The notes under the pieces were generated by a model, which saw only the letters and a list, made by a program, of their open reading frames with translations, was not told the origin of the DNA and ran no database searches. Below, one piece after another: positions 60,900 through 64,000 of a DNA stretch of 64,000 bases. Origin of the DNA: the human T2T-CHM13v2.0 reference genome, Homo sapiens. The stretch lies in NCBI RefSeq assembly GCF_009914755.1, contig NC_060925.1; one strand, 5' to 3'. The translations under genes and the position numbers were made by a program. Numbering within the stretch: position 1 is the first letter of the stretch; each line of letters starts with the position of its first letter.

Positions 60900-63775
60900 G
60901 ATCATAGAAAAATGGTATTAATAATATTTAACGAGGTTTGGGAAAAATAGAATTAGAATACTAGATATCAAAATGTAAAATTGCGGTGGAGGGAGTAGGG
61001 CTAAGGTGTTCTAAGGTCTTGTATTATCCAGGGTGAGAGTAAAGATTTTGATTAACTTTAGACTTTAAAGACTATATGCTGTAATTTTAAGACTAATCAC
61101 TGAAAGAACAGAAACAGAGTTTGTCATTGTAATTAATAATGGAGGAAGTGGAGCACTAAAAAAATTTTTTAAAATCAGCCAATCCACAAGAAGGCAGGGA
61201 AAAAGAGAAAATGTAGAAAAGCAAGAAAAAATAGAAAGCACAAAATAAGGAGGTATACATAAAAACCAAAACATCAGCAATTACATTAAACTTACAATAT
61301 AATACAGTTAAAATCAAACATTGTCAGGATGGTTACAAAAAAAGAAAAGAAATGCTATTACAATAGACATACCTAAAACAAAAATTAATTATAAATTTAT
61401 TAAATAGAAATTTAATGTATGATAGAGAGGGCCAATAAGGTTAAAATTTGGTACTTTGAAAGAACTGTTCATTTTTCTAAGTCTTCAGATAGTTGTGTTT
61501 TATATTTTTATTTTTATTTTTTACATATTTTTTGAGACAGGGTCTTGCTCTGTCGCCCAGGCTGGAGTGCAGTAGTGCAATCTTGGCTCTCTGCAACTTC
61601 CACTTCCTGGGTACAAGTGATTCTCCTACCTCAGCCTCCTGAGTAGCTGGGACTACAGGCGTGTGCCACCACGCCTGCTTAATCTTTATGGTTTCGTAGA
61701 GATGGGGTTTCACCGTGTTGCCCAGGCTGGTCTCGAACTCCTGGGCTCAAGCAATCTATCCACCTTGGCCTCCCAAACTGCTGGGACTGCAGGCTGTGTC
61801 TTTAATATTTTATCTAGTTCTTAGTTATTTATGGGAAGGTTGAACTGATAGGAACTACGTAGCCATTAACAGAAACAGAAAGTACATTCATTAACTCACA
61901 GAGAAAAAAAATCATATGATTATCCCAATTAATGCCTTTATAAGGTTCAATATCTATTTATGATTAAAATATATGTAGGGCAAACTTGAAATATCAGGGA
62001 AATTTTCTGCCTTGGCAAAGGCTACATTTAATATCCAAGAGCAAGCATTATACTTTTTCTTGAAAAAGCAAGGTATAAAAATTTTTAAAATAAAAGTAAA
62101 GCATTATACTTTTGTAGAAAGTTTCAATTCTCCTAAAGACTGGGAACCATATAAGAATGTGTTAGATATCATATTGGGCATGTTGACCAAGTAGAAGAAA
62201 AGGGCTGGAAGAGAAGAAATGAAACTAATGTTATGGCAGATGATGGGATGATCTATCCTCCTAGAAAAATCTGCAGAATCAACAAACTCTTCAAACATTT
62301 TTAAATTCAGCAAGTTTGCCAGATACACAATCAACCTACAAAAGTCAGTTACATTTATTGCCATAGCTAGTAAATATAATCACAAAGAAAGAAAACAAAA
62401 CCGTGAAGTATACATAAAACTCCTATGGAAAAAGCACTCCCACTCTAAGGAAAGGCAAAGAAGAGGAAACGAGACATCCCATGCTCTTGCATGAGACAAT
62501 GTAATATTAACACATGTCTAGTTTTTCTCCAATAAATCCATATATTCAAAACAATTTTAACCAAAATTTCAATTGGATATTTTTGAAAGAACTCCATAAA
62601 TTTAATCTGGAAATGTATGTGGTGGAACAAAAGGTCTGTAAATAGCTAAGTCAACCTGAACGATAAGTATAAAGTTATGAACACCTACTTCAAAGCTGTG
62701 GTGGTCTTAGTAAGAAAGCTTCTGCTTTGATGAAGGACAAAAAGGCCCGTGAGACAGAACAGAGCTCAAACAGATGCACAGTGAATGTGCTCCCCAGACA
62801 AGGAACAGCCAGGCTGCTTAGTGTAGATCATATCAGGAAACAGGGCTTGCCGTAGGGAGGAAAATAAAACTGGGTTTTACCTAACATCGCCCTTGAAAAT
62901 GGCCACAGGGCCAATTAAAGACCTAGATACAAAACTTAAAATGGGAATCAAAAATGCAGAACATCTTTGCAACCAAGGACTGGAGAAGAGTCTCTCACAT
63001 AGAGGCTCAAAAGCACAAACCATCTGAGGAAAAAAGGTTATTTAATTCCAGCAAGTCAAAGAACTTTTTTTTGAGACAGGGCCTCACTGTGTTGCTCAGG
63101 CTGGAGTGCAGTGGTACAATCATGGCTCACTGCAGCCTCGAATTCCTGGGCTCAAACGATCCTACTGGCTCAGCCTCTTGAATAGCTGGGATGACGGGCA
63201 CACACCACTACACCTGGCTAATTGTTTTTAAATTTTTTGTAGAGGTGGGGTCTTGCTATGTGGCCCAGGCTGGTCTCAAACTCCTGGGTTCAAATGATCC
63301 TCCCACCTTGGCCTCCCAGAGAACTTTGGAAAGGCCAGGCCACTGGCACATGCCTGTGGTCCCTCCCAGTGCTTTGGGGGACCAAGTCAGGAGGATTGCT
63401 TGAGCCCAGAAGGTGGAGACTGCAGTGATCTGTGATTGTGCCACTGCACTCTAGCCTGGGCGATAGAGCAAAGACCCTGTCTCAAAAATAAATAAATAAA
63501 TAAAATTTAAAAAGAGAGCCAAAAGTGGTAATAGCCCAAGTGTCCATCACCTGATGAATGGATAAAGCAAACATGGGCCATCCACACAGTGGAATAACAT
63601 TCAGCCATCAAAAGGAATAAATGACTCAGGCCACAATGTGGATGAGCCTTGAAAGTCTGATGCTGAGTGAAAGAAGCAAGACTCAAAGGGCCGCAGAGTG
63701 TGTGATTCCACTTTGGACAATGTCGAGAATAGGCAAAGCCCGAGAGACAAAAAGCTAGCTGGTGGTTGTATAACT
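60900..63775 (+). mobile_element. Old L1 (L1ME/L1MB) sense fragments with Alus at 61510-61793 (-), 63065-63330 (-) and 63333-63505 (+)
   Basis: A-rich ORF2 remnants (ggcagatgatg near 62236) and an L1 3' end at 63510-63775. Confidence 0.72.
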
Positions 63776-63957
63776 GTAGAACCAGGCCAATCTGGTTCAA
63801 CTTTTATATAACAAAATTGTGAATTGTTTTTCAGTTGTCATGGACCCCAGATTGCAAGTTACCTGAACACATCCAGGTGAACCAAGCTTGCAACCACAGG
63901 CAGAACCTAAGTGCTAGACCAAGGAACAGGGTAGTGAATTAAGAAACTGACACCACA
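63776..63957 (+). mobile_element. Probable ERV LTR 5' portion, followed by an Alu starting at 63958 and cut by the window edge
   Basis: TG start interrupting the L1 3' end; sequence resembles an ERV LTR, subfamily not certain. Confidence 0.5.
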
Positions 63958-64000
63958 GGCCGGGTGCAGTGGCTCATGCCTATAATCCTGTACTTTGGGA

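Overview
Human genomic DNA (a perfect AluYa5 and the protein sequence both point to human), about 70-80% transposable element by eye. It holds one complete protein-coding gene on the + strand: PRSS38 (serine protease 38 / marapsin-2), 5 coding exons, 22633-53127, 981 nt, 326 aa. The protein has a signal peptide, a K|ILGG activation site, an intact His100/Asp150/Ser245 triad and a hydrophobic GPI-type tail. Three GC-rich unique islands (about 1-5.6 kb, 22.3-24.5 kb, 51.1-53.5 kb) each carry a minisatellite. They are separated by AT-rich piles of nested L1, Alu, MaLR/ERV LTR and DNA-transposon remnants; intron 3 alone is 27,992 nt. I found no prokaryote-style system, RNA gene or CRISPR array. 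The best leads are: (1) exon 4 has recursive-splicing (RS-exon) architecture, and re-splicing would give an NMD-escaping, inactive, unanchored 203-aa isoform; (2) intron 1 is in frame and stop-free; (3) the S1 pocket is non-tryptic (Thr189/Val190/Glu192); (4) a candidate unannotated micro-exon cassette lies near 4.0-4.4 kb; (5) there is an internally inverted and deleted L1PA inside one TSD pair, plus several templated-insertion scars; (6) a pristine AluYa5 sits head-to-head with an inverted Alu. Repeat subfamily names and repeat boundaries come from recall of consensus sequences and are approximate.
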